Shown here piece after piece: positions 34,199-45,357 of a stretch of 61,722 nucleotides of DNA. The notes beneath the pieces were generated by a model. The model was given only the letters and a program-made list of their open reading frames with translations, ran no database searches and was not told the origin of the DNA. Source of the DNA: Candidatus Yanofskybacteria bacterium (GTDB lineage Bacteria; Patescibacteriota; Minisyncoccia; 2-02-FULL-40-12; GWA2-44-9); the NCBI GenBank assembly GCA_016181045.1, contig JACPAB010000004.1, positions 1 to 61,722 on the forward strand, read 5' to 3'. Numbering within the stretch: position 1 is the first letter of the stretch; each line of letters opens with the position of its first letter. Position numbers and translations under genes: made by a program.

Positions 34199-35329
34199 AT
34201 GTCTCAAATAACAATCAAATCAGAAGAAGAGAAAAAGATTATAAAATCTTTAAGCAATAGGAGCGACACCGAAGCTCAAAGAATTAAGCGGTTTTTGGCT
34301 ATGCCCGATTTGTCGCGCACAGAAGGAAGTCCGCTTAAAGAAATAGTTGATCGTGCAATGCAAACAAAAAGCTTGGAAGGCTTTGATGTGGTTGAAGTTC
34401 CCGAGATCGTTCCAACACATATTTTGTTTGATCTTTTCAATATGCCGGAAGGTCATCCAGCCCGAAGTCCGTCGGATACATATTATGTCGACAATAAAAA
34501 TGTCCTTCGCACTCATGACACGGTTTTTTGGTACTACTACTTGAACGACTCGGTAGTCAAAGAGCGAATTAAAAATAAAGAAACCTTAGGCGTGGTTTGT
34601 TACGGCAAAGTATATCGAAAAGATGAGATCGATCGATCGCATATGAATGTTTTTCATCAGTTTGGCGGACTTTTGATTGCGCCCGATGATGTAAAAACAA
34701 TTACCCCCGATGATTTAAAAAAGGCACTGACGGAAATTGCAAAAAGTATTTTTGGCAATATTAATTTTCGTTTTTATGACCACAACTTTCCGTATACGGA
34801 CCCGAGTTTTGAGATGGAGGCGGAAATTAATGGACGCTGGATTGAGATGTTGGGATCGGGAATGGCCCGCAAAAGTGTGTTGGCAAACTTTGGATTGACG
34901 GGCTATCATGGCTGGGCTTTTGGATTCGGTTTAGAGCGTTTGGCGATGGCTTCTATGGAGTTGCCCGATATCCGGCTACTCTGGTCACAGGATGAAAGAG
35001 TGAAAAAGCAGTTAAAACTCGGCAATAAATTCAAAGAGGTTTCCAAATACCCAGCCATTACCAGAGACATATCGTTTGTGGTGAAAAATGACTTTGTTCC
35101 CAATAATTATTTTGACCTGATAAGGGACTTGGGCGGAGATTTAGTGGAGCAGGTAGAACTATTAGATAAATACGAAAACGCTGAAAAATTCGGAAAGGAC
35201 AAGGTAAGTTACACTTATCGCATTGTTTACCGCTCTAACGAAAGAACTCTTACCACCGAAGAAATAGACCCGATTCAGAACAAAATATACAAACAAACCG
35301 CTATTCAGTTTGGGGCCGAATTGAGATGA
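34199..35329 (+). CDS. pheS: phenylalanyl-tRNA synthetase, single-chain form (PheS catalytic core fused to FDX-ACB domain)
   Basis: Class II motifs HPARSPSDTYY, FPYTDPSFEMEA and GFGLERLAM. C-terminal KYPAITRDISFVV...DLIRDLGGDLVEQVELLDKY...YTYRIVYRSNERTLTTEEI is an FDX-ACB (PheT B8-type) domain. Confidence 0.85.
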   Translation: MSQITIKSEEEKKIIKSLSNRSDTEAQRIKRFLAMPDLSRTEGSPLKEIVDRAMQTKSLEGFDVVEVPEIVPTHILFDLFNMPEGHPARSPSDTYYVDNKNVLRTHDTVFWYYYLNDSVVKERIKNKETLGVVCYGKVYRKDEIDRSHMNVFHQFGGLLIAPDDVKTITPDDLKKALTEIAKSIFGNINFRFYDHNFPYTDPSFEMEAEINGRWIEMLGSGMARKSVLANFGLTGYHGWAFGFGLERLAMASMELPDIRLLWSQDERVKKQLKLGNKFKEVSKYPAITRDISFVVKNDFVPNNYFDLIRDLGGDLVEQVELLDKYENAEKFGKDKVSYTYRIVYRSNERTLTTEEIDPIQNKIYKQTAIQFGAELR

Positions 35330-35358
35330 TTTTGAGGGTTGATTTGCGAGGCGTAAAA

Positions 35359-35367
35359 TGCTATAAT
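35359..35367 (+). promoter_or_regulatory. extended -10 promoter (TGCTATAAT) upstream of gyrB
   Basis: TGnTATAAT read directly, 48 nt before ATG 35415. Confidence 0.55.
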
Positions 35368-35411
35368 TTAAGAGCAATTAACTAACCCGCCAAGGCGGGA
35401 TACTCGTTTGA

Positions 35412-38891
<3,480 letters not shown>

Positions 38892-38920
38892 TATATATTA
38901 AGGTTAAATATCTGACCAAC

Positions 38921-39595
38921 ATGGAAAACGCATTTGAAGTTCCGCCGAGTCCTCAAGTGGATTTTCGGGGGACTCTGGAAAAGGGAGATATTATCGAGAC
39001 CACGCCGCTGAATGGCGGTGCCGTTACTGCTTTAGTTGTTTTCAAGGATGGTATGCGAGCTTTTTTCTCACCGATGGTAAACTCTCTGGAACTGGCCGCT
39101 TTTTGGATAGACGATCTTTTGGGTTTCGGGCTGGTTCCGCCAGTTGCAGAGAGAAGCGTCAATGACCAGCCCGGACTTCTCAGGCAGCTGGTAGGCGGAG
39201 CAAAACCGGCCTTGTATTATAAAACCTGGGAAGAGATGGTCCAACCCCAGGAACTCTTGAAGGCCGCGGTTCTGGATTATATTCTGGACAGCCGTGACCG
39301 TAGAAGAGAGAATTTCCTGATCGACGAGAGCTCTCATAAACTTTGGCTTATCAATAACGACTATTACATGCTTCTGGCGTCCTTCAACAGCAGGGATATC
39401 TTCAATACCGCCGTAAACAGAGGACTGACCGACTTGTCTCTGGACATGCTTGCCGCCATAGATAAGTTCTATTCCGGCTCGCCGTCGCTCCTTAACCGGA
39501 CCGAAGAAAAAGAGACACTGGATGTTTTAAACCGCGCCCGAGAGCGGGCCAGCATAATTTTAGATAAGAAGACCGTGGCAAACTTATGGCACTGA
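38921..39595 (+). CDS. hypothetical protein, PI3K/PI4K-like kinase fold suspected
   Basis: LDYILDSRDRRRENFLIDESSHKLWLINNDY resembles the DRHxxN ... IDxG catalytic and activation segments of PI3/4-kinase-like bacterial proteins. Confidence 0.4.
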   Translation: MENAFEVPPSPQVDFRGTLEKGDIIETTPLNGGAVTALVVFKDGMRAFFSPMVNSLELAAFWIDDLLGFGLVPPVAERSVNDQPGLLRQLVGGAKPALYYKTWEEMVQPQELLKAAVLDYILDSRDRRRENFLIDESSHKLWLINNDYYMLLASFNSRDIFNTAVNRGLTDLSLDMLAAIDKFYSGSPSLLNRTEEKETLDVLNRARERASIILDKKTVANLWH

Positions 39596-39876
39596 TGTAT
39601 TTTGTGGATTTATTCGAGTTTGATTCCCGGGCGAAACAGAAAAAGATCGCCACTTTTAAGATGGAAGAAGGCGGTTCCAACGGGGTTGAGGTAGAAGGCG
39701 ACTCATATCACCCGGCCGTAGAGAATCTTAGAGGCGAAGGGATTTTCGACTACAAGAATGCCGCTCCGAGCAAGCTCTATCCCGACGACGGGTTAAGTTT
39801 TTTGGAGAACCTTAAATACAACTTCAGGTCCGGTTATTTGTCCGCCTCCGAGGTTCAAAAGAAGACGGTTGACTAA
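39586..39876 (+). CDS. hypothetical protein
   Basis: 96-aa ORF, start uncertain (possibly ATG near 39661); followed by hairpin AACGCCGCGGGGCGTTTT. Confidence 0.35.
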   Translation: MALMYFVDLFEFDSRAKQKKIATFKMEEGGSNGVEVEGDSYHPAVENLRGEGIFDYKNAAPSKLYPDDGLSFLENLKYNFRSGYLSASEVQKKTVD

Positions 39877-39935
39877 AATGCGCCGCTCTGATAAAGTATA
39901 AATGTAACGCCGCGGGGCGTTTTAACATAGCTTAA

Positions 39936-40121
39936 ATGAACAGGATTCTCACTTTTCTTAAAGAAGTCAGGATAGAGCTTGCCAAAGTAAGCTGGCCGAC
40001 CAGGAAGCAAATAATAGTATATACGGCCGTTGTTATCGGCTTAAGTTTGTTTTTTGCCGTGATCCTGGGGGTCTTGGACATTTTTTACGAATTCCTGGTT
40101 AATACATTCTTGGTAAACTAA
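39936..40121 (+). CDS. secE: preprotein translocase subunit SecE
   Basis: FLKEVRIELAKVSWPTRKQ plus a single TM helix; secE-nusG-rplK order. Confidence 0.9.
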   Translation: MNRILTFLKEVRIELAKVSWPTRKQIIVYTAVVIGLSLFFAVILGVLDIFYEFLVNTFLVN

Positions 40122-40124
40122 AAT

Positions 40125-40670
40125 ATGCCTAAGCAAGTTACAACCGGGGAACGTCATTGGTATGCTATCCACACCTATTCCGGCTATGAGGATAACGTAG
40201 CCAGGAACCTTAAACAAAGGGTTGAGTCCCTCGGCTTTGAGGGCAGGATATTTAATGTTCTGGTCCCGAAAGAAAAAAAAATACGCATTAAGGGCGGCAA
40301 AAGAGAGACCATCGAGGAGAAAATTTATCCGGGATACGTTCTTGTTGAGATGGTTGTGGACGACGCCTCCTGGTATGTTGTCCGAAACACCCCAAACGTT
40401 ACCGGATTTATCGGCGCCGGGACGGTTCCTACGCCTTTGGCAAGCACCGAAGTGGAAGTTCTTATGAAGAGAATGGGCGTAGAGGAGCCAAAATATAAAA
40501 TTGATGTCGCCGTAGGAGATAGGGTAAAAATAACCGACGGGCCATTCAAGGATTTTGACGGCAAGGTGTCCGAGGTTGATGCCGAAAAGGGCCGGGTAAA
40601 GGTGTTAGTCACCATATTCGGACGGGAAACGCCGGTCGAATTAGATTTTTTGCAGATTAAAAAAATTTAG
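40125..40670 (+). CDS. nusG: transcription termination/antitermination factor NusG
   Basis: WYAIHTYSGYEDNVARNLKQR NGN domain and C-terminal KOW (GDRVKITDGPFKDFDGKV). Confidence 0.93.
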   Translation: MPKQVTTGERHWYAIHTYSGYEDNVARNLKQRVESLGFEGRIFNVLVPKEKKIRIKGGKRETIEEKIYPGYVLVEMVVDDASWYVVRNTPNVTGFIGAGTVPTPLASTEVEVLMKRMGVEEPKYKIDVAVGDRVKITDGPFKDFDGKVSEVDAEKGRVKVLVTIFGRETPVELDFLQIKKI

Positions 40671-40752
40671 CAATTACCAATTACCATTTGCCAATGATTT
40701 ACCATTTTACCATTGAATCATTTTCTGAAAATGATAAATGTAAATTGAACAC

Positions 40753-41172
40753 ATGGCTAAGAAACTAAAAACACAAGTAAAGATCCAGGTCACCGCAGGA
40801 CAGCTTGAGCCCTCTAAGATAGGGCAGGCCCTTGGTCCGCACGGTATCAACCTGCAGCAGTTCATGCAGCAGGTGAACGAGGCTACCAAAGACAAGCAAG
40901 GCCAGGTTGTTCCTGTTGAGATAAATATCTATGAGGACAGGAGTTTTGAGTTTAAATTAAAGACCCCCCCTGCGGCCTATCTGCTTCGTGTCGCCGCTGG
41001 ACTTGAAAAGGGTTCCGGTGTTCCCAATAAAAACAAAGTAGGCAAAGTAACCAAAGCCCAGGTCAAACAGATAGCGGAACAAAAAATGGCCGATCTGAAC
41101 GCCAATGACATCGATGCGGCCATGCGCATAGTGGAAGGAACGGCGTGTTCAATGGGGATAGAAGTGAAGTGA
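40753..41172 (+). CDS. rplK: 50S ribosomal protein L11
   Basis: [38 protein letters not shown]. Confidence 0.93.
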   Translation: MAKKLKTQVKIQVTAGQLEPSKIGQALGPHGINLQQFMQQVNEATKDKQGQVVPVEINIYEDRSFEFKLKTPPAAYLLRVAAGLEKGSGVPNKNKVGKVTKAQVKQIAEQKMADLNANDIDAAMRIVEGTACSMGIEVK

Positions 41173-41348
41173 GCACTTCAATTCTTCAGTATAAACTCCT
41201 GCGAACGGAATACTGATGTAGCAACGGAAGTGTGAAATAAAGAACTCTAAAAAATCTCCTTTCCGGAGATTTTTTGTTATCAACATAGACAAATTTCATT
41301 TTTTTGATTAAAGTATCAAAACTCTTGTTTTTTGAAAAAGGAATAACT

Positions 41349-42023
41349 GTGAGTAGGAAAAAAGAACCCAAGCTATCTGACGTTATAAAAAGGGTCAAGG
41401 CCTGTCTTGCTAACGAGGACAGGAAAGATGCTCTGTTCAGGCAGGCATTGGTTACAAACGAAGTGGGCGACTGGGCCAAATTCTTGACCCATGACCCCGA
41501 GTTGAATCCCGGGGCCAGACCGGCTGGCGGAAGACCCGAGGAAGTTATGGCCGCGGGCCAGGCCTTTTGTATGCTTTTCAGCTTGGCGTTGGCCAGGAAC
41601 ATTGACCCGGCCGAAGCTATCGAGGCCGGCCTGAAAAATTGGGAAGATGCCGACTGGCGGAAAAGAGAAGCGGAAAAAGACCAGAGCGAGAATGAGGTTA
41701 GGGGGATAGCCGCATCCGGCGGAATAAGAATGGGCGAGGCCTATGTTGTTTCTCCGGATAACCCCATAGACAACTTGCCTGCCGGGATGATCTTAGTCAC
41801 ATCTTTTGCAAGTCCCGAACTGGTCATCTACTTTGAGCGAGCGATTGCTGTGGTTACCGATCACGGCGGAAAAACCTCCCATGCGGCCAACATGGCCAGG
41901 CAAAAAAACCTGCCTTGCATAGTGGGCACCGGCAATGCTACCGAAAAGATCAAGCATGGCGATATTATTACTATTGACGCCAACATCGTGACCGAAATAG
42001 GCGTCGTTACGATAGACAAATAG
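41349..42023 (+). CDS. fusion protein: MazG-like all-alpha NTP pyrophosphatase domain plus PEP-utilising-enzyme mobile (swivelling phosphohistidine) domain
   Basis: N-terminal NEVGDWAKF ... EEVMAAGQAFCMLFSLALARNIDPAEAIEAGLKNW (MazG-like helices). C-terminal GIAASGG...ILVTSFASPELVIYFERAIAVVTDHGGKTSHAANMARQKNLPCIVG (PEP_mobile with GGxTSHAA). GTG 41349 has an AAAGGA RBS. Confidence 0.6.
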   Translation: MSRKKEPKLSDVIKRVKACLANEDRKDALFRQALVTNEVGDWAKFLTHDPELNPGARPAGGRPEEVMAAGQAFCMLFSLALARNIDPAEAIEAGLKNWEDADWRKREAEKDQSENEVRGIAASGGIRMGEAYVVSPDNPIDNLPAGMILVTSFASPELVIYFERAIAVVTDHGGKTSHAANMARQKNLPCIVGTGNATEKIKHGDIITIDANIVTEIGVVTIDK

Positions 42024-42107
42024 AATCAAGCCCCAAGAGGGGCTTTTAAAATTAAAATTTTCGTGTTAATATCTCTAAACTGTTAGAACATTAACAAGGA
42101 AAAACAA

Positions 42108-43559
42108 ATGGCAGAAGTAATTGCTCTAGCCGGCTGGCCACCCGAGGTCTTGGCTTATGCTTATGCAATGTATTCTCGTTCCGCCCTTTCTATTAGGGAA
42201 AGCATGTTAAAGATAACCAATGAAAAAGCTTCCGGATTCTTGGATACTTTCTATTTTAAATATAACCACAGATCTATTGCTGATAATGCCCATGTTCCTT
42301 TGGCTATTGAGAATGCTTCCGAGATTGTTGCTTTTGAACTTGAAGACGAACAACTTTGGGATGGTCAGGAAAGGTCGACTCGTTATCAGAATTTTAATAA
42401 GCCCAATGCTTATTTTATTCCGGAAACAGTTAGAAATACTCCGCACGAGAGAGAATATTGTGTTATCGCGGATTTTCTTCTTGGCAAATATGGCGATTAT
42501 AGCTCTCTTTGTTTTGAGTATTTAGCAAAGAAATATTCTAAACCCCCGGAAATGAAAGGTGACGATTATGAGAGAACGCTCAAGGCCAGGGCTTTTGATG
42601 TGGCTCGCTATTGGCTTTTTAACGGGATTCTTACGTCAGTCGGCCAGATTACGAGTGCCAGAACGCTTGAAGACCAGATTTGCCGTCTTATGGCAGCGGA
42701 GTATCTTGAAACTGTTTATGTGGCTAATCAAATGAAGGAAGCGTGTCTGGCAAAGCCATTTTGCCCCGAAGGTAAAAATGAACCGCCAGTTGCGCCGACA
42801 CTGGTCAAGCATGTCAGTCCGAATGGATACGCTGTTCGCATTAGGGAGCTGATGAAAAGGGTGATGAGCGTTTATCTGAGTAATTTCATGTATCCCGGCG
42901 CTTATAATAACTATACAAGGCACGTCAGATTGACCCGTCCTTTTAGAAGTATTCAGCATGAAATAGTAGCCGGATTGGTCTATGAAGCTACTAATCTAAC
43001 CATGAGAGATATCCAAAGCTTTCTTAATAAGATGGAAATTGGAAACGTGAATTGGATTATCGGCCAAGTTCTTGATTTGAGAGAAAAACATGACGCATTG
43101 CCCCGAGCTTTTGCGGCAGGATATGGAATCCAGTTTGACATTTGTATGGATATTGGCGGCAGACGAGATCTGCACCGACATCGAAATTGTATCCAGATAC
43201 ATCAAAAGTTTACTGTTGACCGTGGCTTTGATGTGCCGGAGCTTGTTAGAGAAATGGGCAAGGGAGACGATTTTTCTGACAACATGAAGCATGTTGCCTT
43301 GAGGGTTAGCCAATTAAAACATGCGATAGGAAATAATGCTAACTACCTTATCCCGTTTGCTTTTAGGGCGGGAACTCTTTATAAAATGGATTATCGCCAG
43401 GTTGAGTATATGACGGTTCTTAGGTCAACGCCCCAAGGCCATTTTTCATATCGGGAAGTAGCAGTGGCAATGGATAGACAATTAAGAGAATTAGTCCCCG
43501 GCTTAGAAAAACATTCACGAGTCACGCCTTTTGAGAATGAGGATATATTCAAAAGATAG
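42108..43559 (+). CDS. thyX: FAD-dependent thymidylate synthase ThyX, tandem-domain (pseudo-dimeric) form
   Basis: Two ThyX-like halves. First: HRSIADNAHV...ERSTRY, with the RHR position degenerate. Second: RRDLHRHRNC. ARAFDVARYWLF and YLIPFAF correspond to the ThyX R..LP motif. Confidence 0.7.
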   Translation: MAEVIALAGWPPEVLAYAYAMYSRSALSIRESMLKITNEKASGFLDTFYFKYNHRSIADNAHVPLAIENASEIVAFELEDEQLWDGQERSTRYQNFNKPNAYFIPETVRNTPHEREYCVIADFLLGKYGDYSSLCFEYLAKKYSKPPEMKGDDYERTLKARAFDVARYWLFNGILTSVGQITSARTLEDQICRLMAAEYLETVYVANQMKEACLAKPFCPEGKNEPPVAPTLVKHVSPNGYAVRIRELMKRVMSVYLSNFMYPGAYNNYTRHVRLTRPFRSIQHEIVAGLVYEATNLTMRDIQSFLNKMEIGNVNWIIGQVLDLREKHDALPRAFAAGYGIQFDICMDIGGRRDLHRHRNCIQIHQKFTVDRGFDVPELVREMGKGDDFSDNMKHVALRVSQLKHAIGNNANYLIPFAFRAGTLYKMDYRQVEYMTVLRSTPQGHFSYREVAVAMDRQLRELVPGLEKHSRVTPFENEDIFKR

Positions 43560-43580
43560 CCCGTTTTACGGGCTTTTTTT
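43558..43580 (+). terminator. intrinsic terminator
   Basis: AGCCCGTTTTACGGGCTTTTTTT. Confidence 0.85.
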
Positions 43581-43612
43581 AATACAAAAATCGTGGTAAA
43601 TTACAGGAGACT

Positions 43613-45121
43613 ATGGAATATAAGCCCGTCATTGGTCTGGAAATACACGCAGAACTTAATACAAAGACAAAAATGTTTTGCGATTCTTTAAATGATCCCG
43701 ACGAGAAACATCCCAATGTTAACGTCTGCCCGGTTTGTATGGGCCATCCGGGAACGCTTCCGGTTACAAACTTTGAAGCTGTTAAAAAAGTCATAATAGC
43801 CGGTCTTGCTTTGAATTGCCAAATAAATAAAGGAACATTTTTTGAAAGAAAGAACTATTTCTATCCCGACCTGCCCAAGGGCTACCAGATATCCCAATAC
43901 CAAAAGCCACTTTGCCAAAACGGAGTTTTGGAAATCCCAAATCCCAAATCCCAAATCCCAAAGAAGATAAGAATTACTCGAATCCACTTAGAAGAAGATG
44001 CGGGGCGTTTATACCATCTTCCCGGCAAGGACTACTCCCTCGTGGATTTTAACCGTGCCGGAGTGCCTTTAATGGAATTGGTGACCGAACCGGACTTTGA
44101 AAGCGGCCAAGAAGTCCGTAAATTTGCCGAAGAACTGCAGTTGATCTGGAAATACCTCGGGGTCTCCGATGCCGACATGGAAAAGGGACAGCTCCGGATC
44201 GAAGTGAATATATCACTTCGACCCGAAATTCCAAATTCCAAATTCCAAATTCCAAAATTGGGAACCAAAGTGGAGATAAAAAACTTGAACTCGATAAAAT
44301 TCGCGGCGGACGCGGTGGACTACGAGATCAAGAGACAAACCGAACTTCTGGATAAGGGAGAAAAAATAGTTCAGGAGACCCGCGGTTGGGACGAGAACAA
44401 AAAAGCGACATTCAGCCAGAGGTCTAAAGAAGAGGCCCATGATTACAGATATTTTCCGGAGCCGGACCTGCCGCCTCTCAAATTTACCGATGCCGAGATA
44501 GCCGTCATCAAAGAGGGGATGCTTGAACTGCCAGTCCAACGCCGGGCCAGATTCAAAGAGCAATATGGATTACCTGACACCGACATAAACTTATTCGTAG
44601 CATCTAAATCGTTGGGTGATTATTTTGAGCATGTCGCCAGCGAACTCCTGTCTTTTGATAAATTAGCCCATCTTAAAAAACCGCCGGTTGATGAACAAGG
44701 CAAGTTATTCAAACTGGCCGCAAACTACATTATTACCGAGTTAAAGCGCATGGCCGAGGCGGTATCTGCTGATCCGGCAGACACAAAAATTACGCCGGAA
44801 ATGTTTGCCGATTTGGTTGTTAGGGTATTCCATGGCCAAATTTCATCCAGTGGAGCCCAAACCGTCTTGAAAGAGATGTTTGAAACGGGTGTGTCGCCGG
44901 AGAAAATAATCAAAGATAAAGACCTGGAACAGGTTTCGAGTGTTGGAGAATTGGAAATGGCTGTAGATAAAGCTATTGCGGAAAACCGGCAAGCGGTAGA
45001 GGATTATAAAAAAGGAAAAGAGGCCTCGCTTAAATTTTTGATAGGCATGGTAATGAGGGAGTCCAAGGGTAAGGCCAACCCGCAGGTCGTTGCCGAAATA
45101 TTAAACCAGAAATTAAAATGA
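43613..45121 (+). CDS. gatB: Asp/Glu-tRNA amidotransferase subunit B
   Basis: YKPVIGLEIHAELNTKTKMFC...NVCPVCMGHPGTLPV, RIHLEEDAG, KNLNS, C-terminal YqeY-like domain. Confidence 0.92.
   Translation: MEYKPVIGLEIHAELNTKTKMFCDSLNDPDEKHPNVNVCPVCMGHPGTLPVTNFEAVKKVIIAGLALNCQINKGTFFERKNYFYPDLPKGYQISQYQKPLCQNGVLEIPNPKSQIPKKIRITRIHLEEDAGRLYHLPGKDYSLVDFNRAGVPLMELVTEPDFESGQEVRKFAEELQLIWKYLGVSDADMEKGQLRIEVNISLRPEIPNSKFQIPKLGTKVEIKNLNSIKFAADAVDYEIKRQTELLDKGEKIVQETRGWDENKKATFSQRSKEEAHDYRYFPEPDLPPLKFTDAEIAVIKEGMLELPVQRRARFKEQYGLPDTDINLFVASKSLGDYFEHVASELLSFDKLAHLKKPPVDEQGKLFKLAANYIITELKRMAEAVSADPADTKITPEMFADLVVRVFHGQISSSGAQTVLKEMFETGVSPEKIIKDKDLEQVSSVGELEMAVDKAIAENRQAVEDYKKGKEASLKFLIGMVMRESKGKANPQVVAEILNQKLK
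43932..43959 (+). repeat. four perfect tandem copies of AAATCCC inside gatB
   Basis: Counted directly; encodes part of EIPNPKSQIPKK. Confidence 0.95.
44226..44253 (+). repeat. four perfect tandem copies of AAATTCC inside gatB
   Basis: Counted directly; encodes part of EIPNSKFQIPKL. Confidence 0.95.
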
Positions 45122-45357
45122 TTAAAAAATTATTAGCAAAATTAGTCGGTTTTCGGGAGCAAAGAGCGAATTTTCCCGCTACGCGCTTCGAGGCAGAACA
45201 AAAAGACGAAGCCAAGTTAGCCAGAGAACGCCTCGAAGATATCATGAGAAGCCGGGATAAAAAGTATGTTTCCGAGCGGACAATTCCGGCCGAAGAAGAC
45301 ATTTTAGGTCCCAGTGATTCGGCCCTCAAGGGCGAGAAGCAAGAAACTTCCGAATAA
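45118..45357 (+). CDS. hypothetical small charged protein
   Basis: 79-aa ORF overlapping the gatB stop (ATGA) and converging on the miaA 3' end. Confidence 0.4.
   Translation: MIKKLLAKLVGFREQRANFPATRFEAEQKDEAKLARERLEDIMRSRDKKYVSERTIPAEEDILGPSDSALKGEKQETSE

Noticed and set aside
43932-44253. Possible CRISPR array (short perfect repeats)
   Set aside because: Units are 7 nt, directly tandem with no spacers, and lie in frame inside gatB. The other heptamer arrays have the same form. There are no cas genes in the window.
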